Positions 23,853 to 34,152 of a stretch of DNA of 64,000 bases are shown piece by piece. Every line of letters starts with the position of its first letter. Position 1 is the stretch's first letter. The notes below the pieces were generated by a model, which saw nothing but the letters and a program-made list of their open reading frames with translations, was not told where the DNA came from and ran no database searches. The DNA is taken from NCBI GenBank assembly GCA_040437565.1, contig JBDOQK010000077.1, positions 1 through 64,000 on the forward strand, written 5' to 3'. This DNA comes from Albugo candida. Lineage: Eukaryota. A program made the translations under genes and the position numbers.

Positions 23853-26800
23853 ATGGAGCACAAAGCGCGGAAAAAGCCTGTGAAAACAAACGACACTGCA
23901 TTGGATAGCGAAAACCATGATCCAACTACTTCCGTCAACGCAATTAAAGTAATTGTTCGTATTCGTCCGTTAAACGATAAAGAAATTGCAAATCGATCCC
24001 CAATCATCCTTCAAGCTCAAAATTCCAGCATCCAAGTGGCTAATCCTGCTGTTTTCATAGACGGTAAACACCACGTAATGGGAAATACCGATAACTCATC
24101 TCCAAAACATCTCATTGCCAACGCATTCGCTTCTGACGATTGCCGCACTTTCCATTTTGATCGATGTTTCACGAGCACAAGTGACGATTTAAACGGCCAA
24201 GATATCGATCCGATTACCAGTAAACCCAATCAAATCGCTATTTTCGACGAAGTTGGCGTCAGTATGATCGATTCGGCGTTCCGGGGCTTTCATTGTACCG
24301 TTTTTGCGTATGGGCAAACAGGTTCCGGAAAGACACACACAATGTTTGGACACAAGGAATCGGATCAATTTGGTCTCATTCCCCGCGTCTGCGAGGAATT
24401 ATTCCGAGAGATCGAATCACGTCGACAGAAACAACCGATGGAGGACGAAGCTCCTTGTTCTTTCGCTGTGGATGTGACGTATTGCGAGATTTATAAGGAG
24501 AAAGTCATTGATCTGTTAGACAATGAAATCGTCTCATCCACACGGAATCGTCCCCATTCCGCGCATACCGCTCCATCGGAAGATAACGGAAGCTCCACAA
24601 CGTCCCGGAAACCTCTCAAAATACGAGAACATCCAGTAACAGGTCCATTCATCGAAGGTCTGATCTCTTCGAGTGTCTATTCGTACGAAGAAATTGCTCA
24701 TATTATGACCACTGGAGAAAAGGCCCGCACTGTTGCTTCCACTTGTATGAATTCCGTGTCATCTCGATCTCATGCGATCTTCACTATCACACTCACACAA
24801 GCGTATCGCGATCCAATCTCACTCTCATGTCACGAGAAAACGTCCAAAATATCACTTGTCGATCTCGCTGGCTCGGAACGCGCATTGAATGCCGGCACAA
24901 GCGGCGAAAGACTCAAAGAAGGCGCTATGATCAATAAGAGTCTCACGACGCTGGGAAGAGTGATCTCAGCACTCAGCAAGTACGTGTGAGAGTCGATGAT
25001 CATTGTCAACTGATTGGTGTGATAGAAAGTCTTTGGATCGCGTTCCGTATCGCGACAGTACTTTGACGTGGCTTTTGAAAGAAAGTCTCGGCGGAAATGC
25101 AAAGGTAGGCGCTTTGCAGAGAATCGCATTCGACTGATACTTTGTGGTAGACGACTATGATGGCTATGGTATCGCCAGCAGCAGAGGTGTGTGGCTGTTT
25201 GCTCCATATACAATTTCTGAACCTTTGCTGTAGAATTACGAGGAGACTATGAGCACATTACGATACGCCGAATCTGCAAAGAAAGTGATCAATTGTGCGC
25301 TTGTGAATGAGGATGAGAATGCGAAAATCGTACGTACGCTACGACAAGAGATTGCCGGACTTCGAGACGCATTGTCCAAGTGTTCGCAGGAGGTGAGGCC
25401 TCCGATCGATGTCGCGATCGACGATGAACATACGGCGATAATTGCGAATTTAAAGAGCGAATTGAAAGTGTATGAAGAAAGCAGTAAAGAGGACAATGGA
25501 TGTATCAGAGTGACTTCTAATTCGGTGTATTTGACGTCTGAACGACCGATTCTCGTGAACATTGGATTTGTGGATACGAATGCGATTGCTTACGTTTTGG
25601 AAGTTGGAAGCACTGTTTTTGGACGTGGAAATTCGTCGGAAATATCAATTTGGAGCACTGACAAGCGATTTATTCGCATCGACGATGAAGCGTTATGTTC
25701 TGAACACATTTGCATCGAATGCAGTCGCATAGAAACTCTCAATGGGACGGAATCTCCGACGTATTCGTTGCGTCTCTCATCCATAGAGTCTGAAGCCATC
25801 ACACAAATAAACGATCAAATATTGAGCTTCCCGTCGTCGGTGGACCTGTTTCACGGCGATTGTATTCGAATTGGAAACAGCCACATACTTCGCGTACTCC
25901 TTCCAGGAACCAAATCCGACGTGAACGATCGTTTGACTCAAGTGAGTCCTTTTCCAGAGCCTCCAAAGGTTTTAGAGCTTCCACGAGGGAATGTAAAGGA
26001 GCGGGTGGATGCACTCAATGCGTTGTGTCAATGCGTCGGAATCGTTTGGTCCTTTGAAAACGAAGCGGACGGTGAGGTATCCGTTTTCCGAACCGATACA
26101 CGAAATCGAGTCGCATGGAGTTTGGAAGAATTTCTCATGAAATACGACACAATGACACAATTTCTAACCAATTTGCAAGAGCTTTTACCGTCTTCTCCGT
26201 CAATGATACAACGAGAATCGATACGGGAGGAGGAGGATACCAATGCGATATCGCCTTCCGACACGATGCAAACGTGTGCTCGACTTCACGGGTACGCACG
26301 CCTGACACTTTGCACGACGCAATCGGCACGAGCGATGGATTCTGTCCAAAATGTATCGCTACTTCTCATCAGTCCGATTGGAAAATGCATTGGGAATGTA
26401 AATGTGAGCTATACAAAGCCTCGAAATACGTGCGAATTCCATCTCCAACGAGTGGCGTTTTACGCGAATGCCATCACATCAGAATCCATTTCTGTTATCA
26501 TAAAACATTCCAATTCCAAAGTCGAACATACAATTCCAATCAGTCTGAACGCACAAAACCCGCAGGGAGATCAAGTGGCAGATATGGATCATCATTGGCA
26601 AATTCAAGGGAATAAGGAAATTGCGCTATTGCTGGAGATCTGGGGACACGGTCGGGTCCTCGTACTTGGTCCTCTTGGCGATCGAATGCCATTCTCACCA
26701 CCACGAATCGATTTCTTCGTATCGGCTGATATCCAGGAACGCGATGCGGATGGAATGTATCGTCCTGTTGCCGTCAAGAAGGATGGAACGCTGCGTCTGC

Positions 26801-28278
26801 ATCTGAATCAAGCTCGGAAATTATGTCTCCATATCGTTCAGGCGGATACCGCTTCGTTCTGTTTACGTGAGCTTTTACTCGTTCGTATCTCATCAGTGAG
26901 ACATCAAAGGGTTTTTCCGTTGTGGAGAGATACATTGGAGTCGGGAAAATGCACGCAATCCGCTTCTGTGCTTTCTCTGTGCTCTCCGAAACAAGTTTTC
27001 GATGTAGAGACTCATATGTGTTCATGGAAGGAATTGGACCTTTTGGAGGAATCTGTGTGTGATTTCACGTCACGGACATTGAGTGGGGTATTCAATTGCA
27101 TGGAAAACGACTCGGAATCCATCGATCCGAAGAAAAGTCGCTCGGTGTTCCAATTGGCGGTATCATTCCGACAGCAATATAACTCGACTCCAATTGTCAT
27201 TTTCAAAAGTATTGTTGTCAAAATCTGTCATTCATTGCCAAAGAAACTCGCTCTCCGACAGCGTATCAGTAGAGGATGGGAAGCTACACGTACCGCTTGG
27301 TGGGCAAAAGAGAGCTATAGTCGCAATTTTCGATTGGGAACATGGTTTACAGCCGAACTGTTGATGGAAAATAAGCTTTGGAATGGTGAGCGAACGGCAC
27401 GGAACATTGCTGGAGATCTGATGGAAACGCTCGCGAACGGAATGGAAAGGATGGAAGCGATGATATCGCTGGAAATGGTGCGACATCGACTACTTGCAAT
27501 GATTCCGAGTCCATCGAGCGACTCGAATGTAGAGATTTTGAAGAAACTGTTTGAGAAAAATATTCCCGAGGAATTGTGTGTGGAATCTGACGACGGCAAT
27601 GCATTGTTTCTGACTCTAAAGAATCGGAAAAGTATTCGGTTGCGGTTGACGCATTTGGATGCGAATCGAATCGATGACGAGGAGGGTGAACCGGTTCCGT
27701 TTTTGATTACAGAACCGGCTCGGTTCGTATCGCCGATGAAAGACGTACTGGAAAAAAAGGTGGTGCAAGCAGCGCCATGGCAACCGAGTGTGGCTGAAAT
27801 GTGCGGGTTTCTCGATATCCATCGATCGATGCAGCTGGGAACAGCAGCGACGGCAATTGTGACAAATGGAAATAGTGTAAAGTGGCAACGTCGATGGTTT
27901 GTACTGCGTCGACCGTTTTTGTATGCGTACAAGTCGATGGCGAGGAAAGAGCAAGTGGGTGTGATTGAAATTACGAAATGTCAAATTATTGTGCCAATGA
28001 CATTAAGCGGAAAGACTCGAAGACATAGTTTGCCAGTGTTTTGGAAAAGTGGAGGGAAGGATACGAGTGCGTCAGAGGAAGGAAGGGAAAGACAACCGCC
28101 GTTTACGTTTCAATTGTGGAGTCAAACCGGTTCGAGAAGTTTGATTTGGTCGTTTCGTGCGTCGAGTTGTGCAGAGTTACGTGCTTGGCTTGTTGCGATT
28201 GATCCGCTCAAGATTGAGGCGTGTAACGCGTTACGACCGATTCCGGAGAGTTGTAATTTACCAGCAATTACAGCGTGA
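23853..28278 (+). CDS. Kinesin-3 (KIF1/UNC-104-like): motor, FHA, DUF3694-like region, C-terminal PH; introns 24980-25025, 25105-25150, 25187-25233
   Basis: [28 protein letters not shown]; spliced [24 protein letters not shown]...STLRYA; FHA-like GSTVFGR...[29 protein letters not shown]...RAWLVAIDP. Confidence 0.93.
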
Positions 28279-28330
28279 GAGTAGTCTAGTGCGGTTAAGT
28301 TTCAATGTTTGAATGCCTTATTGTTGCAAT

Positions 28331-30059
28331 GTTTCAGAATGGAGCTGTAGTGAAGTGGAGTGAGATAGTGTGGATGCCACAGTCACTCCAAACTTGCTGG
28401 GAGGAGACACACCTGGCATCCGACTGAGGGAGTCGTATCGCAAGGGAGTACGCGGTCAAAAGTGGACGGGGAAAGTGTCGCTTTAGCTCCTTTTTGACGC
28501 GAATCTTTCCAAATCAAGCAAACTGATTCGTCAAAAAGCAAATTCATGGGTTTATAATCAATGATAAACGCTGTGCTGTCCTTTTGGTGATTGTCGAGTT
28601 TTTGCGACATGTACACTGCCTTTTTAAAAAAAGTCTAACTGAAAAAGATACAACCCTAATCTTGTAACTGTCGTTGAAGAAAATTGTTGAGGAAAAAAAG
28701 AAATCGCGTAAGGAGCGATGCATGAATGCATTTCAAGAGGTGTAATCGCATACATTCGCTATTCTCGTTCAATCATTTTAAATAGGGTATCAAACACGAC
28801 AATATTGGATTTTTCGTGCAAAATGCGCAATCGCTTTCATTTTTCAATTTCCTTTAAGGAAAAACAGCTCAATGCGTTTATGGAAAGCTCCTCGCAAACA
28901 AAGCACATCTCCGAAACCCAACTACTCTTCACCACGATGCGCTGCCGACTATATCGCACTCAACGCAGATACTATCCAATCAGACACCACCGTCAATGAC
29001 TCAAAAAGTAGCTTTGGCGGGTTGAATTGGCTCCAATTCAAAAAGAGCATCCAATCTCATCCGAAAACGTCCAATCAAATCCCGGATATCATTATCAACG
29101 AATCAGCAGAACAAAGTTATTCCATTGGTGATAATCCGTGGCATCTTCAAAAAATCGATTCTATTTTCTACCAATTGAATTCACACCGTAAAAATGGTCT
29201 CAGCGCCGAAAAAGCGTCCAATCGGCTCCACACGTACGGCTCCAATTCCATCGATACAGAAGCCAAAACACCCATTTACGTACTATTTCTCCTCCAATTC
29301 TGCAACCTGATCATCGCTTTGCTTCTATTCGCGTCCGTGGCGGCAATCAGCTTGCAAGAATACACAGAAGGAATTGCAGTGCTACTGATCGTATTGCTGA
29401 ACGCATCCATCGCCACCATACAAGAGAACAAAGCCGGAAACGCTCTGGATGCGCTTTTACAACTCACCAGCGCTCAATCCGTCGTCATTCGCGATAAAAC
29501 ACAGCTCTCGATGGACAGCAAAGCCATTGTTCCCGGAGATATCGTTCTCTTACGAGTGGGCGACGTCATACCGGCCGATTTGCGATTGATTGAAAGCAAT
29601 TCGCTCAAAGTGAATGAAATGAATCTAACGGGAGAACCGACTGATGTCTCAAAGAAAGCATTGGATTTGGAGAAGAAATGCGATGAATTGAGTCCAAGTC
29701 CATTGAATATGGTGTTTTCTTCGACTACGGTGACCGCTGGAAGTGGAAATGGGATCGTTGTTGCGACGGGAATGGCCACACGAGTTGGTGTGATTGCATC
29801 TCTGCTAAAAAGCACAAATATCAGCGCAAGAGATCAGAATAAAATGTGTAGGAATCCAATGCAACAATTCATCGCACGGTATCAGCCGAAAAAGACGCCT
29901 TTAGAACGCGGTTTACACAAATTGGGCATTTTAATGGGAAGTATAGCGATTGGAATTGCTATTCTTTTGTTTGTGGTTGGATTTCTAAGAGATACACGAG
30001 ATCCAAGGTACCCGTATCGACCCGTTTGGCTCACAATGGTCATGGTAGCAGTCTCTGTG
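28331..30059. repeat. Copy of 30160-31888 including a truncated 5' part of the P-type ATPase (probable assembly overlap)
   Basis: Offset 1829; identical ORF translations in both copies; ends exactly at gap 30060-30159. Confidence 0.9.
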
Positions 30060-30700
30060 NNNNNNNNNNNNNNNNNNNNNNNNNNNNNNNNNNNNNNNNN
30101 NNNNNNNNNNNNNNNNNNNNNNNNNNNNNNNNNNNNNNNNNNNNNNNNNNNNNNNNNNNGTTTCAGAATGGAGCTGTAGTGAAGTGGAGTGAGATAGTGT
30201 GGATGCCACAGTCACTCCAAACTTGCTGGGAGGAGACACACCTGGCATCCGACTGAGGGAGTCGTATCGCAAGGGAGTACGCGGTCAAAAGTGGACGGGG
30301 AAAGTGTCGCTTTAGCTCCTTTTTGACGCGAATCTTTCCAAATCAAGCAAACTGATTCGTCAAAAAGCAAATTCATGGGTTTATAATCAATGATAAACGC
30401 TGTGCTGTCCTTTTGGTGATTGTCGAGTTTTTGCGACATGTACACTGCCTTTTTAAAAAAAGTCTAACTGAAAAAGATACAACCCTAATCTTGTAACTGT
30501 CGTTGAAGAAAATTGTTGAGGAAAAAAAGAAATCGCGTAAGGAGCGATGCATGAATGCATTTCAAGAGGTGTAATCGCATACATTCGCTATTCTCGTTCA
30601 ATCATTTTAAATAGGGTATCAAACACGACAATATTGGATTTTTCGTGCAAAATGCGCAATCGCTTTCATTTTTCAATTTCCTTTAAGGAAAAACAGCTCA

Positions 30701-33700
30701 ATGCGTTTATGGAAAGCTCCTCGCAAACAAAGCACATCTCCGAAACCCAACTACTCTTCACCACGATGCGCTGCCGACTATATCGCACTCAACGCAGATA
30801 CTATCCAATCAGACACCACCGTCAATGACTCAAAAAGTAGCTTTGGCGGGTTGAATTGGCTCCAATTCAAAAAGAGCATCCAATCTCATCCGAAAACGTC
30901 CAATCAAATCCCGGATATCATTATCAACGAATCAGCAGAACAAAGTTATTCCATTGGTGATAATCCGTGGCATCTTCAAAAAATCGATTCTATTTTCTAC
31001 CAATTGAATTCACACCGTAAAAATGGTCTCAGCGCCGAAAAAGCGTCCAATCGGCTCCACACGTACGGCTCCAATTCCATCGATACAGAAGCCAAAACAC
31101 CCATTTACGTACTATTTCTCCTCCAATTCTGCAACCTGATCATCGCTTTGCTTCTATTCGCGTCCGTGGCGGCAATCAGCTTGCAAGAATACACAGAAGG
31201 AATTGCAGTGCTACTGATCGTATTGCTGAACGCATCCATCGCCACCATACAAGAGAACAAAGCCGGAAACGCTCTGGATGCGCTTTTACAACTCACCAGC
31301 GCTCAATCCGTCGTCATTCGCGATAAAACACAGCTCTCGATGGACAGCAAAGCCATTGTTCCCGGAGATATCGTTCTCTTACGAGTGGGCGACGTCATAC
31401 CGGCCGATTTGCGATTGATTGAAAGCAATTCGCTCAAAGTGAATGAAATGAATCTAACGGGAGAACCGACTGATGTCTCAAAGAAAGCATTGGATTTGGA
31501 GAAGAAATGCGATGAATTGAGTCCAAGTCCATTGAATATGGTGTTTTCTTCGACTACGGTGACCGCTGGAAGTGGAAATGGGATCGTTGTTGCGACGGGA
31601 ATGGCCACACGAGTTGGTGTGATTGCATCTCTGCTAAAAAGCACAAATATCAGCGCAAGAGATCAGAATAAAATGTGTAGGAATCCAATGCAACAATTCA
31701 TCGCACGGTATCAGCCGAAAAAGACGCCTTTAGAACGCGGTTTACACAAATTGGGCATTTTAATGGGAAGTATAGCGATTGGAATTGCTATTCTTTTGTT
31801 TGTGGTTGGATTTCTAAGAGATACACGAGATCCAAGGTACCCGTATCGACCCGTTTGGCTCACAATGGTCATGGTAGCAGTCTCTGTGGCGGTAAGTGCG
31901 GTTCCCGAAGGTCTTCCGGTCGTGACAACACTTTGTCTGACATCGGGGACAACGGATATGATCAAAGAGCACGTACTGGTTCGGAAATTAGCGGCTGTGG
32001 AGACATTGGGCGCGGCTTCCGTGATATGTACCGATAAGACGGGAACGCTCACAGAGGGGAAAATGACTGCAGTTAAGATTTGGGGCGATTCCAAAGAGTA
32101 TGAGGTCACAGGGAAGGGATTTGATCCAGGGAATGGAGCAATTTATATTCGAGAAATGGAAGGATTACATGCAGCAGACACTGTTCTTCTTCGAGCAATG
32201 CTGGTGGCATGTGTGCTGTGCAGTAATACGATCCTCCAGCAGAAAGAAACGGATGGGAAGATAGAATGGGAGCCTATCGGAAACTCATCGGAAGCTCCGT
32301 TGATCGTCGCTGCAGCAAAGAATGGAATCGACAGACAACAAGTGGTATCATCGTATCCGCTTGTCGACGAAATCCCATTTAATTCCTCACGCAAAATGAT
32401 GATAACAATTCACGAAGAAATCAATTTTGTGGGCTTTGAGAACGTCCAATTACCACTGAATGCGACATTGATCGCGTGCATCAAAGGCGCACCGAATTAC
32501 ATCCTCACGAAATGCAGTCGATATTGCAGTGAACATGGCGACACATTCGATTTGAACGAGCAGAAAACGACTGAAATCCTCCAGATGGTCGACACGCTCT
32601 CCTCCCAAGCGCTTCGTGTGCTCGCAGTGGCAATTTTACCGCTGTCTGAGCTCCCATACGATCGAAATTGCGAAAGCGTTGAAGAGAAATTTTCTTCCAT
32701 TCCCAGTAAATGCACATTTTTGGGCTTAATTGGCTCCATCGATCCTGAACGAGATGGAGTCAAAGAAGCAATCGGTAAAGCTCGCAAGGCTTCCGTTCGT
32801 ACGATTATGATAACAGGCGATTATTTGGCAACAGCAGTGGCAATCGCTCAGAATATCAATTTATTGCAACGAGGAGCGAATATCTCACACGAAGCAATCG
32901 ATTGTTTGCAACTTCGGACGCAATGCGATGCTTATAAATCGATCGAAGAAATCGATGCACTCACATGTGAGAAAAACGTATTTGCTCGTGCTCGTCCGGA
33001 AGATAAATTGGAAATTGTCAAGTCGTTAAAGAGGCAAGGATTGATTGCGGCAATGACAGGCGATGGTGTGAATGACGCTCCAGCTCTCAAGGAAGCAGAT
33101 ATCGGTGTGGCAATGGGTATTTCCGGCACAGAAGTCGCAAAAGGAGCGTCGGATATGATTCTAACGGACGATAATTTCTGCAGTATTGTCGCTGCCATCG
33201 AAAAAGGACGAAATATTTACGCCAATATTCAGAAATTCGTATTGTTCTTACTATCGACCAATATCGGCGAAATTGTGATCATTTTCATCGCAATTGCAGT
33301 TGGAATGCCTGTGCCTTTGGAACCGCTTCAAATTCTCATTTTGAATTTGTTATCGGATGGAATGCCCGCTGTAGCATTGAGTTTGGAGAAAGGGAATCCC
33401 GCCATTATGAATGAGAGCCCACGGCCAAAACGACAGCAAATCATTCACGGGCGTTTATGGACGCTTGTCCTCGTGAATGCGGCTCTGATCGCATTTGGTG
33501 GCATTGTCATTTTCGCTGTTGGAATGTATTGGAACGTCGGCAAATTACTTGTGAGTGATATAATCGCAACAAATGGACAGAGCAATGTGTGTCGACGTTG
33601 GACAGGACATCAAAATGGCTGGAAACTCATCGGTAATTGTGGTATACGACGCGCTGACGGCTCCATGTTGTTCCCTGATGCTGTCGATCGCTTTGAAAAC

Positions 33701-34144
33701 GCTTCGGTCATTTGCAAAGGAGGGAATTACGACTGCATGCGCGACGGAACGGCGCGAGCACAAACAATGACATTCATTGGAATTACGTTCACAGAAGTCG
33801 TTCGTGCGTACAGTGTTCGAAGCTTTACCGCTCCTTTGTACGCGTCAATGTTTTCCAATCGATATGTAGTGATCGCATCGGCGCTTTCGGTGGCATTGAC
33901 ACTCGTAATGACAAATACTCCGTTCGTAATGGATCGAATCTTTGGATTTGTGTATATCGAATGGTTCCAATGGCTTTTTGTGATCGCAATTGCGATTCAT
34001 ACGACATTTTGGGGCGAAATGGTCAAATGGAAGTTTCGTCATTGCGATCGGAAGAAAGCGCGTTGGGAGGAAATGGAAAGGAAAATCGATTCTTTGTATT
34101 GCGAGATGGAAAGTATGCGTCAGAAATACGCGCTCGAAGAATGA
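30701..34144 (+). CDS. ATP4: Type II P-type ATPase, ATP4/ENA-like Na+ pump, 1147 aa
   Basis: LTGE, AVPEGLP, DKTGTLTEGKMT, GNSSEAP, PFNSSRKMM, KGAP, TGD, MTGDGVNDAPAL, STNIGE, NLLSDG, EVVRAYSVRS. EGKMT, GNSSE.P and RAY.VRS match my recollection of apicomplexan ATP4. Confidence 0.85.
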   Translation: MRLWKAPRKQSTSPKPNYSSPRCAADYIALNADTIQSDTTVNDSKSSFGGLNWLQFKKSIQSHPKTSNQIPDIIINESAEQSYSIGDNPWHLQKIDSIFYQLNSHRKNGLSAEKASNRLHTYGSNSIDTEAKTPIYVLFLLQFCNLIIALLLFASVAAISLQEYTEGIAVLLIVLLNASIATIQENKAGNALDALLQLTSAQSVVIRDKTQLSMDSKAIVPGDIVLLRVGDVIPADLRLIESNSLKVNEMNLTGEPTDVSKKALDLEKKCDELSPSPLNMVFSSTTVTAGSGNGIVVATGMATRVGVIASLLKSTNISARDQNKMCRNPMQQFIARYQPKKTPLERGLHKLGILMGSIAIGIAILLFVVGFLRDTRDPRYPYRPVWLTMVMVAVSVAVSAVPEGLPVVTTLCLTSGTTDMIKEHVLVRKLAAVETLGAASVICTDKTGTLTEGKMTAVKIWGDSKEYEVTGKGFDPGNGAIYIREMEGLHAADTVLLRAMLVACVLCSNTILQQKETDGKIEWEPIGNSSEAPLIVAAAKNGIDRQQVVSSYPLVDEIPFNSSRKMMITIHEEINFVGFENVQLPLNATLIACIKGAPNYILTKCSRYCSEHGDTFDLNEQKTTEILQMVDTLSSQALRVLAVAILPLSELPYDRNCESVEEKFSSIPSKCTFLGLIGSIDPERDGVKEAIGKARKASVRTIMITGDYLATAVAIAQNINLLQRGANISHEAIDCLQLRTQCDAYKSIEEIDALTCEKNVFARARPEDKLEIVKSLKRQGLIAAMTGDGVNDAPALKEADIGVAMGISGTEVAKGASDMILTDDNFCSIVAAIEKGRNIYANIQKFVLFLLSTNIGEIVIIFIAIAVGMPVPLEPLQILILNLLSDGMPAVALSLEKGNPAIMNESPRPKRQQIIHGRLWTLVLVNAALIAFGGIVIFAVGMYWNVGKLLVSDIIATNGQSNVCRRWTGHQNGWKLIGNCGIRRADGSMLFPDAVDRFENASVICKGGNYDCMRDGTARAQTMTFIGITFTEVVRAYSVRSFTAPLYASMFSNRYVVIASALSVALTLVMTNTPFVMDRIFGFVYIEWFQWLFVIAIAIHTTFWGEMVKWKFRHCDRKKARWEEMERKIDSLYCEMESMRQKYALEE

Positions 34145-34152
34145 CAATGCAC

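Noticed and set aside
28651..28660. AACCCTAA telomere-like motif (also TAAGGGTTTT near 40597) as a telomerase template or interstitial telomere
   Set aside because: Single short imperfect occurrences are expected by chance; no array or RNA structure supports them.
28872..30059. Separate truncated P-type ATPase paralog or pseudogene
   Set aside because: Identical to the 5' part of 30701-34144 and cut by the gap.
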